Shown: positions 27,775 to 42,639 of the stretch, one piece after another
Position numbering within the stretch: position 1 is the first letter of the stretch
How the letters are laid out: every line of letters begins with the position of its first letter
Source of the DNA: the human T2T-CHM13v2.0 reference genome, Homo sapiens
DNA length: 64,000 nucleotides
Assembly (NCBI RefSeq): GCF_009914755.1
Contig: NC_060930.1
Reading direction: 5' to 3' (one strand)
Translations under genes and position numbers: made by a program
Notes under the pieces: generated by a model
The model's input: the letters and a program-made list of their open reading frames with translations, nothing else
The model's database searches: none
What the model was told of the DNA's origin: nothing

Positions 27775-28072
27775 GTGATGTGATATGTCAACCTGGAAGG
27801 TGATTTGGATGAGATTGACATTTAAATTGGTGAACGCTGAGTAAAGCAGATTACCCCTGTAACAGAGGTGGGCTTGAATCTAATTAGTGGAAGTCTTGAA
27901 AACATCTAAAAGATTGGCCTCTCCAAAAAAGAAAAATTCTCCGCAGACTGCACCTGCCCCATCAGCATTCCTGGGTCTCCAGCCGGGTGGCCCACACTGC
28001 AGATTGTGGGCTTGCCAGTCACATATTGGCGATAGGCAATTTCTAATAATCTCTCTCTCTCTCTCTAGCCCG

Positions 28073-28120
<48 letters not shown>

Positions 28121-28150
28121 TTCTGTTTCTCTGGAGAATCCTAGTATAAG
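27775..28150 (+). mobile_element. MLT2 (ERVL) LTR fragment with (CT)n(CA)n microsatellite
   Basis: tgtgatg...tgtcaacctgg...gtaaagcagattacc...ttctgtttctctggagaatcc; (CA)n at 28075-28116. Confidence 0.7.
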
Positions 28151-30009
28151 AAGGTATGGCTAACCTAACGGGAGATGACATTTGTGCCCAACTTTTAAAG
28201 CATGACTGGCTCTGAGCTGGTGGGAAATATGATACCCTCTAGAAGATGCACCAGAACAGAAAGCCTGAAGGCAACTAGATAGGACCAGGAGTAGGCCAGG
28301 AGGGTTTGACTATAGAGGATCAGAAAAGAAGAGATGTCAGGAGGTGAGAAGGGACAGGGCGGATATGTGGGAAATTCCTATTATAGTCATGAGTTCCAGC
28401 CAGAAAATCCATGGAAACACACATGCACACATAAACAGACACAGACACACATACACACATACAATGCACACACATGCACACACCTAGGCAGCTAAGACAG
28501 CTGATCTAATCTCAGAATAGCTGCTGAGCCTTTTCTCTGACTCACCTCCTGCCAGCTCCTGCATTCAAGTGAGGGTCAAGGCCTGTGAACCTGAATGACC
28601 CCAGCTCCTGTTTTAGGCTGAGCTGCTTCAGGCTCTAGAAGGACCTAGGAGTTGCCTGCAGGAGAGGAGAAGGGAGGAGAAGCTGCCTTAAGCAGAGAAC
28701 AGAGGGTGAGAGGGAAACACCTGGAGGCCCTGGCTTCGGAGGAGGAGAAGAAACCATAGTGGATTTATTGAGGGATTTATATCTTTACATCAGTTTCTGA
28801 AAAGTACATTTTTCTTAAGTTCCTATTTTCAACTAGTAAACAACAACAACAACAAAATTTGAAACAAGCAAGAATTGCAAAGTATTTGCAGGCAGAATCC
28901 AGAGGACTTCTCTGCCTGCACTACTTGAGAGCGAGCTGCCACGCTGATGCCTCATCTTTAATGATGCCACCTCATGCCCCATACTTTAGTGTTCTTCCTA
29001 ACAACCATGACACTCTCCTAATAAGCACAATACAATCACCAAAACAGATTTCACATCCATACGTTACATCCATCTCATGCTCAGACACCACTCAAAGTTC
29101 ACCAGTTGTTTTGATTATCTGTTTTACAAACAAGGATCTGATGGATTTAGGCATTTTTTATCTACTTATTTTACTGAAAATACAGATCAGGGTGTTTTAT
29201 TTGCCCCATTACTTGACCTCTGTATTTCTGGAAATATGAGGAGAGATTTGGATTGATGTGGTACTTCTTCCTGTGTGTCACTCAGAGGTCCTCATTAATA
29301 TATTTGAAAGATTTAACATCTTTTTATCCAGCGTTTTGGTTGCTTAATCTTTTGCTAGTTCAGATGTTCTAGTCTGACATAGAAACAGAAATCTAACACC
29401 AACATGAGAAAACATGCTGTACTTTAGTGGAATGTTTTATTGCTAACTTTTTAATATGAAAACAACAGCAAAGTAAACAACCAAATATCTCCATGCTTTC
29501 TGGAACATGCTTGGAGCCTGAAACTGACTCGGATTGCTGGGTAGTGGGATGAGCACAGTGTCCACTGTCCTGGATATCACCTGAGTCTGTGTCAAAGGAA
29601 CGATTCAATATAGACTCTTACCCACAATGGAAGAAGTCTCTGATGTTCCACTTCCTGCCCACCACCTGGTGTAGACAGATTTAAACATCTGTCAGTAGAA
29701 TGGGTGTGAGAGGGCATTGCATTGTCCTTTCATGTGTGTTATCTTGATTATGTGGGACATGTCAAATCTTTCATGGGCTTCTTCGGAATCTCTGAACTGC
29801 TCGTGGCATTTGCCCAATCATAGGAGAATTAGATGTATTCTTATTTATTTGAAGGAGTTTTTTATACATTCCAAATCTGATCTTTTGTCCACAGAGGAAT
29901 AAAATAACTCTTAAAAATAGAGATTAATCTGATGTGGAGATTACTTCTAATAGAATTAGTTGTGGTCAGGGCTGAGGGATGACAAGGAACGTCACTGCCC
30001 AGGGTGTAG

Positions 30010-30669
<660 letters not shown>

Positions 30670-30912
30670 AGTCACGTCTTTTAAGAATAGGAACATTGGT
30701 GTCTGTCAAGTATTAGGACAATGTTCAAGACTGACAGTCAGAGGTCCTGTAATTTAGAAGTGTTGTTTAGTTACCTTCTTCCCAAAGAGTCTAGCGGAAT
30801 CCCTAGCTTATTACTCAATCACATGAAGAAAGAATGAAATCCCATTAATTCTCTACTGGATTATAACACAAAATTCAGAAGTCAATAAATATTTTAGAAA
30901 ATAGAGATTTTT

Positions 30913-31222
30913 GGCCAGGCGCGGTGGCTCACGCCTGTAATCCCAGCACTTTGGGAGGCAGAGGCAGGCGGACCACCGGTTCAAGGAGATCGAGACCATC
31001 CTGGCTAACATGGTGAAACCCCGTCTCGACTAAAAATACAAAAAAATTAGCCAGGCGTGGTGGTGGGCGCCTGTAGTCCCAGCTACTCGGGAGGCTGAGG
31101 CAGGAGAATGGCAGGAACACAGGAGGCGGAGCTTGCAGTGAGCTGAGATCGCGCGCCACTGCATTCCAGCCTGGGCCACAGAGTGAGACTCCGCCTCTCA
31201 AAAAAAAAAAAAAAAAAGAAAG
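30913..31222 (+). mobile_element. AluY
   Basis: Full Alu, poly-A, aaataga(g/t)attttt target-site duplication. Confidence 0.92.
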
Positions 31223-31309
31223 AAAATAGATATTTTTAATTAAATATCAGTAGCAGATAAATTACCAAAGGAAAGAATCATGCCTATATATTTTCTTATG
31301 AACAAATTA

Positions 31310-31892
<583 letters not shown>

Positions 31893-33604
31893 TCAGACAA
31901 CTAAAGGGAAAATGGGCAAAAGAGTTGAACCAGCCCTTCACAGAAGAGGAAATGTGAAGGAATGGCCAATAAAAACATGAAGAGGGTTTCAGCCTAACAG
32001 GATGAGGTATCACATGACACCCACTAGACTGGCAAAACCCCCACAACCCAATAAATGCAAGGGTTGGGGAGAATGGAGAGCAACAAGAACACTCAGCCCC
32101 TTCTAAGAATGGTTGTAAATTTGTTTTTTTTTTTTTAGTATACTTGTATATGAAAGGATGTGTGTTGTGGGTTATGAGAAAAATTACATGTCTTACCAGG
32201 GATGAAGTTTTAAAAATTGAAAGCTACAGACCAGAAGAAACTTGCACTTCTGTACAAAAGAAATGCTCAAGAACGTTCTAGCAACACAGCCCTAAGGGCC
32301 CCAACCTGGCCAAACACTCATCAACAGGAAAATGAAGACATTTCCCATGTTCCCCTCATACCACGGGAGATCAAGATCACGCAGCAATGAAAATGAATCA
32401 CGTCAATGTGGATGGGTCTCAGGAAGAGAATGGAGGACAAAAATAGACATCAAGCAAATGCTCAGACTCATTGCAGCCACACAAAAGAATTCCTTCACAT
32501 CAAAGTTCAAAAACTGCAGCTGAGGCAACAGAGCAAGACCCTGTCTCAAAAAGACAACAGAAAGTTCAAAAACTAAATGGCATATTGTTTAGGGATGTAC
32601 ACATACATGGTGAAAGAAATGTACTAAGAAGAAAAGCATGGGAATAATAAAGACTAAAGCAGAAAGTGACTCCCTCTGTACAAGGGAAGGGACTGGGATT
32701 CAGGAGGGGCCTCCAGGGAGCATCCAAAGTTAAGTCTCTTCAGATTCTATTTCCTAAACTTGGTGGAGGTCCTGTGTGTCCAACGTGTCGATATTCTACC
32801 CATATTGTATAAATACTTTCTTCTGTTCAATGTTTAGAAGGCAATTATAAAAAAGATCCATTAAATAGCAAGATGGCAGATACACATCAGGAAGGAACAT
32901 CAGGAACATCCATGGTGTTCCATCCATGGAACCTCACCATGGATGGATACCCTTGTGCTCATGGGCCTGGTCTCCTCTCAAGACACAGTCAGTTGTCGGG
33001 CATCAGAGGCCGCACTCATCATAGCAGAGAGGCAGGATCAGCTGGGACAGGGTCTTTCTGTGACACCAACTGCATCACCAGGCTGTGCAAAGTGACTCAG
33101 CTGCCAGAACTCACAGAATATCATTCTGCACCAAAACCTCACAGGAAAAATGGTAAATTCTCAGTTTCTCCATTAACAGCAGCTCTCAGATTAATCTCTG
33201 TCCTCCATTGCGTCTCCATGAAAGAAGATTTTATAGCTTTGCTTGGGTCTATTTTTCAATTCATTTTTTATTTTACTAACTGATTGAAAATATATATATA
33301 GTGTGTGTGTAATTTCGTCTCTGTCAGTCAGGATAATGATGGTTTAATTCCGATTATTATTATTATTATTATTACCAACATCATTAGTTTTTTTAAGCTT
33401 TTCAGTTCTTAAGGGTATTAATCATTGTCTTTCCGTCTCATGAGACAGAAAACAAATCCAAACTGTGTAAGAGGAAAAAGAATGTATTAATCACTAGAAT
33501 TGAGAAGTTCCCAAGCTTAACTTGCTTGGGGTACAGCTACATCTACAGTTTCAAGTGGCGTCCTGTGACTCTCTCTCTCTACTTCCCCAAATTTGGCTCC
33601 ATGT

Positions 33605-36600
33605 TTAGCTCCATGACCCTCAGACTTAAACAGAAGCACTGGCTCCTCCCAAGATCTCCAGCTCCCCAGCTCCCCGACCCTCAAACTTCAACTGCGGAAC
33701 CAGCTCCTCCCCGGGTCTACAGCTCCACGATCCTCAAACTACAACAGCAGCACCAGCTTCCCTCCAGCTCAATGATTCTCAGACTTGAGAGGCAGCACTG
33801 GCTCCTCCCCAAGGCTCCAGCTTCAAGACCCTCAAACTAAAACAGCAGCACCAGCTAATCCCTGGGTCTCCAGCTCCCTGACCCTCAAAACTGTAGACCC
33901 TCAACTGTAGCACTTGCTCCTCCCCAGGGCCACCAGCTCCACGACCCTCAGACTTACACAGTGGTAGCACCAGCTCCTCCCTAGGTCTCCAGCTCCACAG
34001 CCATCAAACTTGAACTGCAGCACCAGCTCCTCCCATCTCCAGCTCCACGATCCTCAAACTATGACAGCAGCACCGGCTCCTCCCTGGATCTCCAGCTCAA
34101 TGACTCTCAGACTTGAGAGGCAGCACCGGTACCTCCCCAAGGCTCCAGCTCCACGACCTTCCTTCAGATTTAAACAGCGGTAGCACCAGCTCCTGTCCGG
34201 GTCTTCAGCTCCACGATCCTTAAACTAGAACAGCAGCATCGCCTCCTCCCTGGGTTTCCAGCTCCATGACCCTAAGACATGAATGGCAGCACCGGCTCCT
34301 CCCCAGGGCTCCAGCTCCAGGACCCACAGATTTGAACGGCAGCAACAGCTCTTCCCCGGATCTCCAGCTCCATGACCCTCAAACTAGAACAGCAGCACGA
34401 GCCTCTCCCCGGGTCTCCAGCTCCACAACCCTCAGACAGGAACAGCAGCACTGACTCCTCCTTGGGTCTCTAGCTTCACCACCCTCAAACTTGAATTGCA
34501 GCAGCATCAGCACCTACCTTGGTCTCCAGCTCCACAACCCTCAGACTACAACAGCAACACTGGTTCCTCCCTGGATCTCCAGCTTAACGACTCTCAGACT
34601 TGAAAGGCAGCACCAGGTCCTCAGAAAGGCTCCAGCTCCAAGACCCTCAAACTAGAAGAGCAGCTGCAGCTGCACGTTGGGTCTCCAGCTCCACAACCCT
34701 CAAAGTAGAATAACAGCACTGGCTCCTCCCTGAGTCTCCAGCTCCTCAAGTCTGAGGGTCATAGAGCTGGAGACCCAGGGAGGAGCCAGTGCTGCTGTTC
34801 TAGTTTGAGGCTTGTGGATCTGGAGACTCGGGGAGGAGCTGCTGCTGCCGTTCTAGTTTGAGGGTGGTGGATCTGGAGACCCAAGGTGCAGCCGGTGCTG
34901 CTAGTGTGAGGGTCATGGAGCTGGAGACCCGGGGAGGAACTGCTGCTGCTGTTCTAGTGTGAAGGTCGTGGAAATGGAGACCCGAGGAGGAGCCCTTTGA
35001 AGAGCAGCACTGGCTCCTCCCCAGGTCTCAGACTCCATGACCTTCAAACTTTAAAAGCGATAGTACTGGCTTCTCCCTGGGTTTCCAGCTATACAACCCT
35101 CAAACATGAACAGCAGCAGCACCGGCTCCTACCCGGGTCTCCAGCTCCATGACCCTCAAACTACAACAGCGGCACCAGCCTCTCCCTAGGGTCTCCAGCT
35201 CCACGACCCTTAAAATAGAACAGCATCGGCTCCTTCCTGGATCTCCAGCTCCCAAACCCTCAGACTTCAACTGAAGCACTGGATCCTACCCACAGTTGAA
35301 CAGCAGCATGGACTCCTCCTCTAAACCTCCAGATCCATGACCCTCTGACTTAAATGGTGGTAGCACCAGCTCCTCCCTAGGTCTCCAGCTCCACGATCCT
35401 CAAACTACACAGCAGCACTGGCTCCTGCCTGGGTCTACAGCTCCACGATCCTCACACTAGAACACCAGAACTAGCTCCTCCCCGCCCTCCAGCTCCACGA
35501 CCCCCAGAATTGAACAACAGCACAGCTCCTCCCTAGGTCTCCAGCTCCATGACCCTCAACCTGAAACCACAGCAGCACCAGCTCCTCCTGGGTCTCAAGC
35601 TCCACAACCCTCAAACTAGAACAACAAAGTTCCTCCCTGGGTCCTCACCTCCACAACCCTCACACTAGAACAGAAGCACCGGCTCCTCCCTGAGTCTCCA
35701 GCTCCACAAGCCTCAAACTAGAAAAACACCGGCCCCTCCCTTGGTCTACAGCTCCACCACCCTTTGAATTAAACAACAGAAGCACCAGCTCCTCACCAGG
35801 TCTCCAGCTCCATGACCCTCACACTAGAACAGCAGCACCAACTCGTCCCCGGTTCTCCAGTTCCATAACACTAAAATTTAAACAGCAACACCAGCTCCTC
35901 CTTGGGTCTCCAGCTCCATGACTCTCAAACTAAAACAATAATGCTCATTTCTGGGTCTCCACTCCATGCACCTCACACTACAACAGCACCAGCTCCTCCC
36001 CAGGTCTCCAGCTCCACAATCCTCAAACTAGAACAACACCAGGTCCTCCCTGGTTCTCCAGCTCTATGATCCTCAAACTAGAACAACACTTCTCCTCCCT
36101 GGGTCTGTAGCTCCACAACCCTCAAACAAGGGCAACACAGCTCCTCCCAGGATCTCCAGCTCCACAACGTTCGAATTAGTACAACACAAGCTCCTCCTCG
36201 AGTCTTCAGCTCCACGACTCTATAACTGGAACAACACCAGCTCCTCCTTGGGTCTCCAGCTCCATGACCCTAAAACTAAAAAAACAATGGCTCCTCCTTG
36301 GGTCTCTAGCTCCATGACCTTAAAACAAGAACAATACCACTCATCCCCAGGTCTCCAGGTCCACGACCTGAAAACTAGAACAACACCGGCTCCTCCCTGA
36401 GTTTCCAGCTCCACGATCCTTAAACTAGAACAACAGCGCTCCTCCCTAGGTCTGCAGCTTCACGACCCTCAAACTAAAAAAACAGCGACTGCTCCCCGGG
36501 TCTCCAGCTCCACGACTCCCAAATTAGAACGAAACTGGCTCCTCCCCAGGTCTCCAGCTTCACGACACTCAAACCAGAACAACAGTACCAGCTCCTCCCC

Positions 36601-37245
36601 GGGTCTCCGGCTCCACGACCCTCAAACTAGAACAACACCGGCTCCTCCTCGGATCTCCAGCTCCATGACCCTCAAAGAAGATCAACACCGGCTCCTCCCC
36701 AGGTTTCCAGCTCCATGTCCCTCAAACTAGAACAACAGCACCAGCTCCTCCCCAGGCCTCCAGCTCCAGGACCCTCAGACTTGAACAGCAGCATCAGCTC
36801 CTCCCTAGATCTTCAGCTCCACAACCCTCAAACTAAAACAGCATCACCAGCTCCTCCCTGGGTCTCCAGCTCTATGACCCTCAAACTACAACGGGAGCAC
36901 AAGCTCCTCCCTGGAGCCCCAGTTCAATGACTCTCAGACCTGAAAGGCAGCAACACTCTTCCCCAAGGCTCCAGCTCCATTACCCTCAGATTTGAACAGC
37001 AGTAGCATCAGCTCCTCCCTGGGTCTCCAGCTCCTCAACCCTCAAACTAGAACAGCAGCACCAGCTCCATCCGGATCTCCAGATCTATTACCCTAATACA
37101 TGAGTGGGTTCTTTCCCGGTGCTCCAGTTCCATGATACTCAAACTAGAACAGCAGCACCAGCTCCTCCCTGAGTCTTCAGCTCCACGACCCTCAAACTAG
37201 GAGAACACCAGCTCCTCCCCAGGTCCCCAGCTCCATGACCCTCAT
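33605..37245 (+). repeat. D20S16-type satellite array (~47-53 bp units)
   Basis: Dozens of diverged copies of ctccagctccacgaccctcaaactagaacagcagcaccagctcctccctgggt; resembles the recalled Repbase/Dfam D20S16 consensus; block 34746-34994 is inverted. Confidence 0.88.
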
Positions 37246-38114
37246 GAACAATCCCTTCTTATGAAATTCAGCAGTCAAGAAAACTGCAGAGGAAGTAAAT
37301 GAATAAATGTTTTGCTTTCAGATTGATATTTCTTTTATGTTCACACAAGTCAGGAAACTTTTCTGCTTTCCCCAACCTTGCAATCTACTTGTGTTCAAAT
37401 ATAAGATAGAAATCCACCATTTGAAATGACCTTTAAAAACTTAGTAATATTTTTTAATATGATCTTATGTCACAGCTGTAGAAATGATCTTATTTCTCTC
37501 TGCCTGTGCAGAAGTCTTATGAACATTCAAACTATGAATTTAGTTTGTTGAGATTCCCAGAATACGCATTATCCCCAAATATTACTGCCCTCCTTAAAAT
37601 CTTCTAACACGTTCCCATCACTCGAGCATAAATGCCAGCTCCCATCCACAGCCCACAGTGCCCAGCACGGCCCTGCTCTCTTTCCTGCCAGAAAGGCCTC
37701 TGTCAGTTCTTCAAACCACACAGGCTCAGGCCCGACTCCGGGCCTCTGCCTCTGCTGTGCCCTCTGCGTGGGGTGCCTTTCCCCGGCTCCCCATCCTCCT
37801 CTCAACCTGCTCAGTTCCAGCCTGCAGAGCACCCCTCAGGTCGATGAACACACGACATCCTCCCCACATAGGCCTTTGCACACGCTATTCTCTCTGCCTG
37901 AAACACTTCCCTCTCTCATCGTCTGGGTTCACTTTTCTAATTACCATTTATCTTTGGAGTCTCCACTGAAATATCACTCCCTGCCTGCCCCCATCACTTG
38001 GACTTAACCTTGGTTAGGTTGCCAACCCCTGTCTCCTGACTCCAGGAAGCTAGATGCGATTCTAGCTCTTGGAACTTTCCCATTGCAGTGTTTTGCACAC
38101 TCGTAATTATTCTA

Positions 38115-38242
38115 TCAGGTTGGTGCAAAGTCATCACAGTTTTTGCCATTACTTTTAATGAACTGCAGCACCGGCTCCTCCCTGCTTTTTATTGCCATTA
38201 CTTTTAATGGCAAAAACCGAGATTACTGCTGCACCAACGTAA
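38115..38242. mobile_element. MADE1 (Hsmar1-derived MITE) with internal insertion
   Basis: ta|tcaggttggtgcaaag...gcaccaacgtaa|ta terminal inverted repeats with TA target-site duplication. Confidence 0.85.
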
Positions 38243-39487
38243 TAGAATAATTTATATTTATTCATCCATCATCTGTCTTCCCCTCTAGAAAGTAATCTCT
38301 ATGAGAATAGGGAGCAAATCTACTCAAATCACTCCACCTTTCTAGCACATTGTCAATAATTATTTACTGACTGACTGATACAGAAATATCTTCATTGTTG
38401 CTGGGATGACCCACATAACGTGACAGGCCCCTTTGAAGTTCAATGTCACAGACAGTTAGCATTTGCTTTTCTCTCCCGGACCTTTGGTTTGGCTGGGCTT
38501 AGGCTGATCTATTCTGGGCTTGACTTTAGGCTGAGGGTTGGAACCGTGCGAGCTCCACATGTCCTTTTTGCTCAGGATTGTTTTGACAGCTTGAACTTTT
38601 TTTTTCCTTTTGGTTCCAAATAAATTTTAGAATAGATTGTTTTAATTCTGTGAAAAACAATATTGGTATTTTGATAGTGATACCTTTGCATCTATACATT
38701 GTTTTGGGAAGTATGGCCATTTTAGCTATATTGATTCTTCCAACCCATGAGCATGAAATATTTTTTTCCCTTCATTTGTGTTGTGTCTGATTTTTTTTTT
38801 TTTTTAAGCAGTGTTTTGTAGTTCTCCTGTAAAGATCTTTTATCTCTTCAGGTAGATGAACTACTAGGCTGGGGTCCCCACTAGCCTGATGCCTCACAGG
38901 GGGCGCCCGGCTGCCGCGGATGTCCCACCGGGAGGGACTGGCCCCGGGCGGGTCACCGCGGGCAGAAACGCCTTTGGAAGACGTGGGAGGACTAGCCCAT
39001 CGTGGCAGGGATAAGGTTTTTTTCTTGGGGCTTGAGATGAGGGGAAATCAGAGGTGACTGCTGGTTTCCTCCCACAGCCTGGCGCGGGGGGCTGGGACGA
39101 CTTTACACCTGGCTCCTGCGGAGACGTCACCTTCCAGCTGGGGTCCTTCGGGCTCCAACAGAGCGGCTCCCACGCGGATCCCCCTCCTGCTTGCTTTGAG
39201 GGTGCTGGTGGGTGGCGCCCGTGATCCACTTGGTCCTTAGGGTCCACGGGTCGGGCCAGGAGCTTGTAGTCGTCCCCTTCCCCACCCCGTCGCCTGCAGT
39301 ACAGGGTCCCTGGTTCTTCCGCTGGGCTGAGGCCCCTTCCAGGATGGACGTCCTGAGCCCAGAACGTGTGGAAAAGTACGTTCAGAGAGAGGATGGGAAA
39401 AAGGGAAGGAGAAGCAGGTGGCAGGAGAACCAGAAGAAACCCCCGCCCCGAAAATGGGGAGAGGGTGACACAGGGACAACCCCCCAC

Positions 39488-39949
39488 CCCCAGTTAGTCA
39501 GGGTTCTCCAGAGGGACGGCCCCAATGGGATATAGGTATATATATGAACGGGAATTTATTAGGGAAAATTGGTGCACACGATTTCAAGGCAAAGTCCAAT
39601 GGTAGACCGTCTGCAAGCTGGGGAGGAGACAAGCCAGCAGAGGCCAGTGCAAGTCAGAAAGCCTCAAAACCAGAAAAGCCCACAGGGCAGCCTTCAGCCC
39701 CTGCCAAATGTCCCAGAGACCCCGAAAGTCGGAAACTGCTGGTGCAAGTCCCAGAGCCCGAAGGCCAAAGAACCCGGAGTCTGATGTCCAAGGAGGAAGG
39801 AAGCAAGAACTCTCAGGGAACGCAAAGAGAAGCCAGAGAGCTCCACCCGCAGAGTCACCTCACCCTCTCCCGCCTGCTCTCCTCTAGCCCCGCTGGCAGT
39901 CCATGGTATGGTGACCATCCACACTGGACACCTAATATTCACCATCACA
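39488..39949 (-). mobile_element. MLT2A-type ERVL LTR
   Basis: ttagtcagggttctccagagggac...ctgcaagctgggg...accatcaca; absent from the paralogous site at ~19785. Confidence 0.75.
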
Positions 39950-40441
39950 GCCCTGCAGACCACACTCTCGCCCACACTCCACCCCGACTCCATCTCTCTT
40001 CGCGCTGCCCCTGGAAGGGGTGAAGGATCCAGTCTCTCCATGTCCTCACTGTGATTATGATGACAGCCTTCCTACTCGGTGTGAGGTGGCATCTCCTTGT
40101 GGGTGTGATTTACGTTTCCCTCATGGCTGTTAATATTGAGCCTCTTTTCATGGGCTTAGTGACCAATGTATACTTCTCTGGAGAAATGTCCATTCAAATC
40201 CTTTCCACATATTTATATTGCATTATTTATCTTTATAATATTGAGTTGTAAGAGTGCTTTATAGATTCAGGATACCAGTCCCTTACCAGATATATAATTT
40301 GCACATTTTTTCTCCATGCTGTAAGCTGTCTTTTCACTTTCTAAACGGCATTCTTTTATAAGCACAGAAGTTTTACCATTGGAATAAGTCAAATTAAACT
40401 ATTTTTCTTTCGTCACTAGTGCTTTGGCATACAGTACTTAA

Positions 40442-40918
<477 letters not shown>

Positions 40919-42639
40919 CCTCCAACCCCATTCTTGAAAGCTTTTCTCTCAAAACCTAATGACCTATCAAACTTCCCCCTCCTAGTACACATTGGGGATT
41001 AGGTTTGGGGGGACACAGACATTCAGTCTCTAGCACCACATCTGTTGAGTCCTCCATGGAAATAAGGAAGCTGGACAGCCTCCTCCACACAGTCTCCCCT
41101 TGACTGCCATCGCCTCGGAGTGACATTAAGTAACTCACTAAGGCCAATGGCTGGGCTTCCTTGGGGACAGTTCCAAGGGCTGGTTCCTTGTTTGTGTCTG
41201 GGGATCCTTCCCTGCTTCTTTGCACATCTTATGTTTTTTGAGATGAAACTGAACATTTACAAGAATACAACGTGGCATCTCTGAGAATCAGATGTCCCCT
41301 CTCTTCAAGGTGTGTTGCTGCTGCTTGTTTACTGACTTTCCTGGATGGATCTTATAACATCTGTATTCCCTGTCACAGGTGGACCCTGAAGTCTCTGCTC
41401 AGTTAGGTGAGGTTGGATAGAGGTTTGCATCAATGCCTTGAGCCGGTAAGTCTCTCCTCAGTGCGGAGGGCTTTGTGTGTGTGGTGCACTCCTGCCCCTG
41501 CCGCACTCAGGCGGGCAGCTGATGTCACCACTGCAGCTCCACTTCCTGCCTGCACACAGCCTCCAGGTCAGCCAAAGGTCAGAGATGTGGCCTTCTCAGG
41601 TGCTTCCTGGGCACGTGCCGGCCCCTATGCACATCTTATTCCCCAAATCTTTCTCTCAATTTCCCCCACTAGTCTCTTGTTTGTCCCACATGCAAACGGT
41701 GAGGTTGTACAGTTGGAATGATTGCTTTTAGCCAGTGGTCTGAGGATCTGGCTTTTCCCCTAGAGAGAGACCTCAGCAGGTCAAATAATGACAAACCCAA
41801 TGAATGGGGCTTTTCCAGTGAGTCCCAGACTAGTCAAATAGAGTTCTCTGGGGCAGGGGCTTTTGAGGGGCTCCAAGCCCAGCGTGCCCCTCCAGTGAGT
41901 GGAGACTGTGGCCTTGCAGCTGTCACGGACATGGTGAGTCCACTGTTTTCTGGGCACAATAAATCAGGATATATTGTGCAGACAAGAAATACGAAGAAAT
42001 ATTAGGAGGAAGAATATAAATTTTCAAGTACGAGTTGGGAAGAATTAGAAAAAAAACAATGAGGAAAGGGGCAAGGTTGGCTTGGTTGTAGCTAACCTGG
42101 TGGAGAAACACAGCCATCTGTGATAGAGGGCCTAAGCTGTTAGGTTCCCCTCCAATGGTGAGACCACCTCCACAACCTGCCCTGTGTCCTCCTCTCTCCT
42201 GAGGCTGAATGCAGCTCTTGTGCCTTCAGTGCCAAGAATGCCACAATCCCAGACCAGAGGAAGAGCTGATGTGGACGGTGGAAAAGGAGGGGGTGGGTGT
42301 AGAAGGAGAAGGCTGACAGCAAGGATTTCCTGAGGATAAACAAAAAAAATGTCACTTGAAACTGGCAAAAAAAAAAAAAAAAAAGTAAGGGTATAAAGAA
42401 CAAGATGGAAATGGAAATCTTGTATAATTTCATTATACAGTGTTTAATTTTAGGGTTTGGCACTTTCACGTATAACTTTTATACAATTATCATCATATAC
42501 AACTTACGATTATTTTAAATGACTAGAGTTTAGTTTTTGATCTGGGTTAGCGTTCATAGTGCAAAGTTCTCTCGTTCCACTCAGTTAACCCCATTTTTTG
42601 GAGGGCTCTATGTCATTTTATTTTACTTACGAATCTTTA

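Noticed and set aside
33605-37245. CRISPR-like array or mucin-like coding repeat
   Set aside because: Units are contiguous diverged repeats with no unique spacers; unit lengths break frame and stops are frequent; the DNA is human with no cas genes
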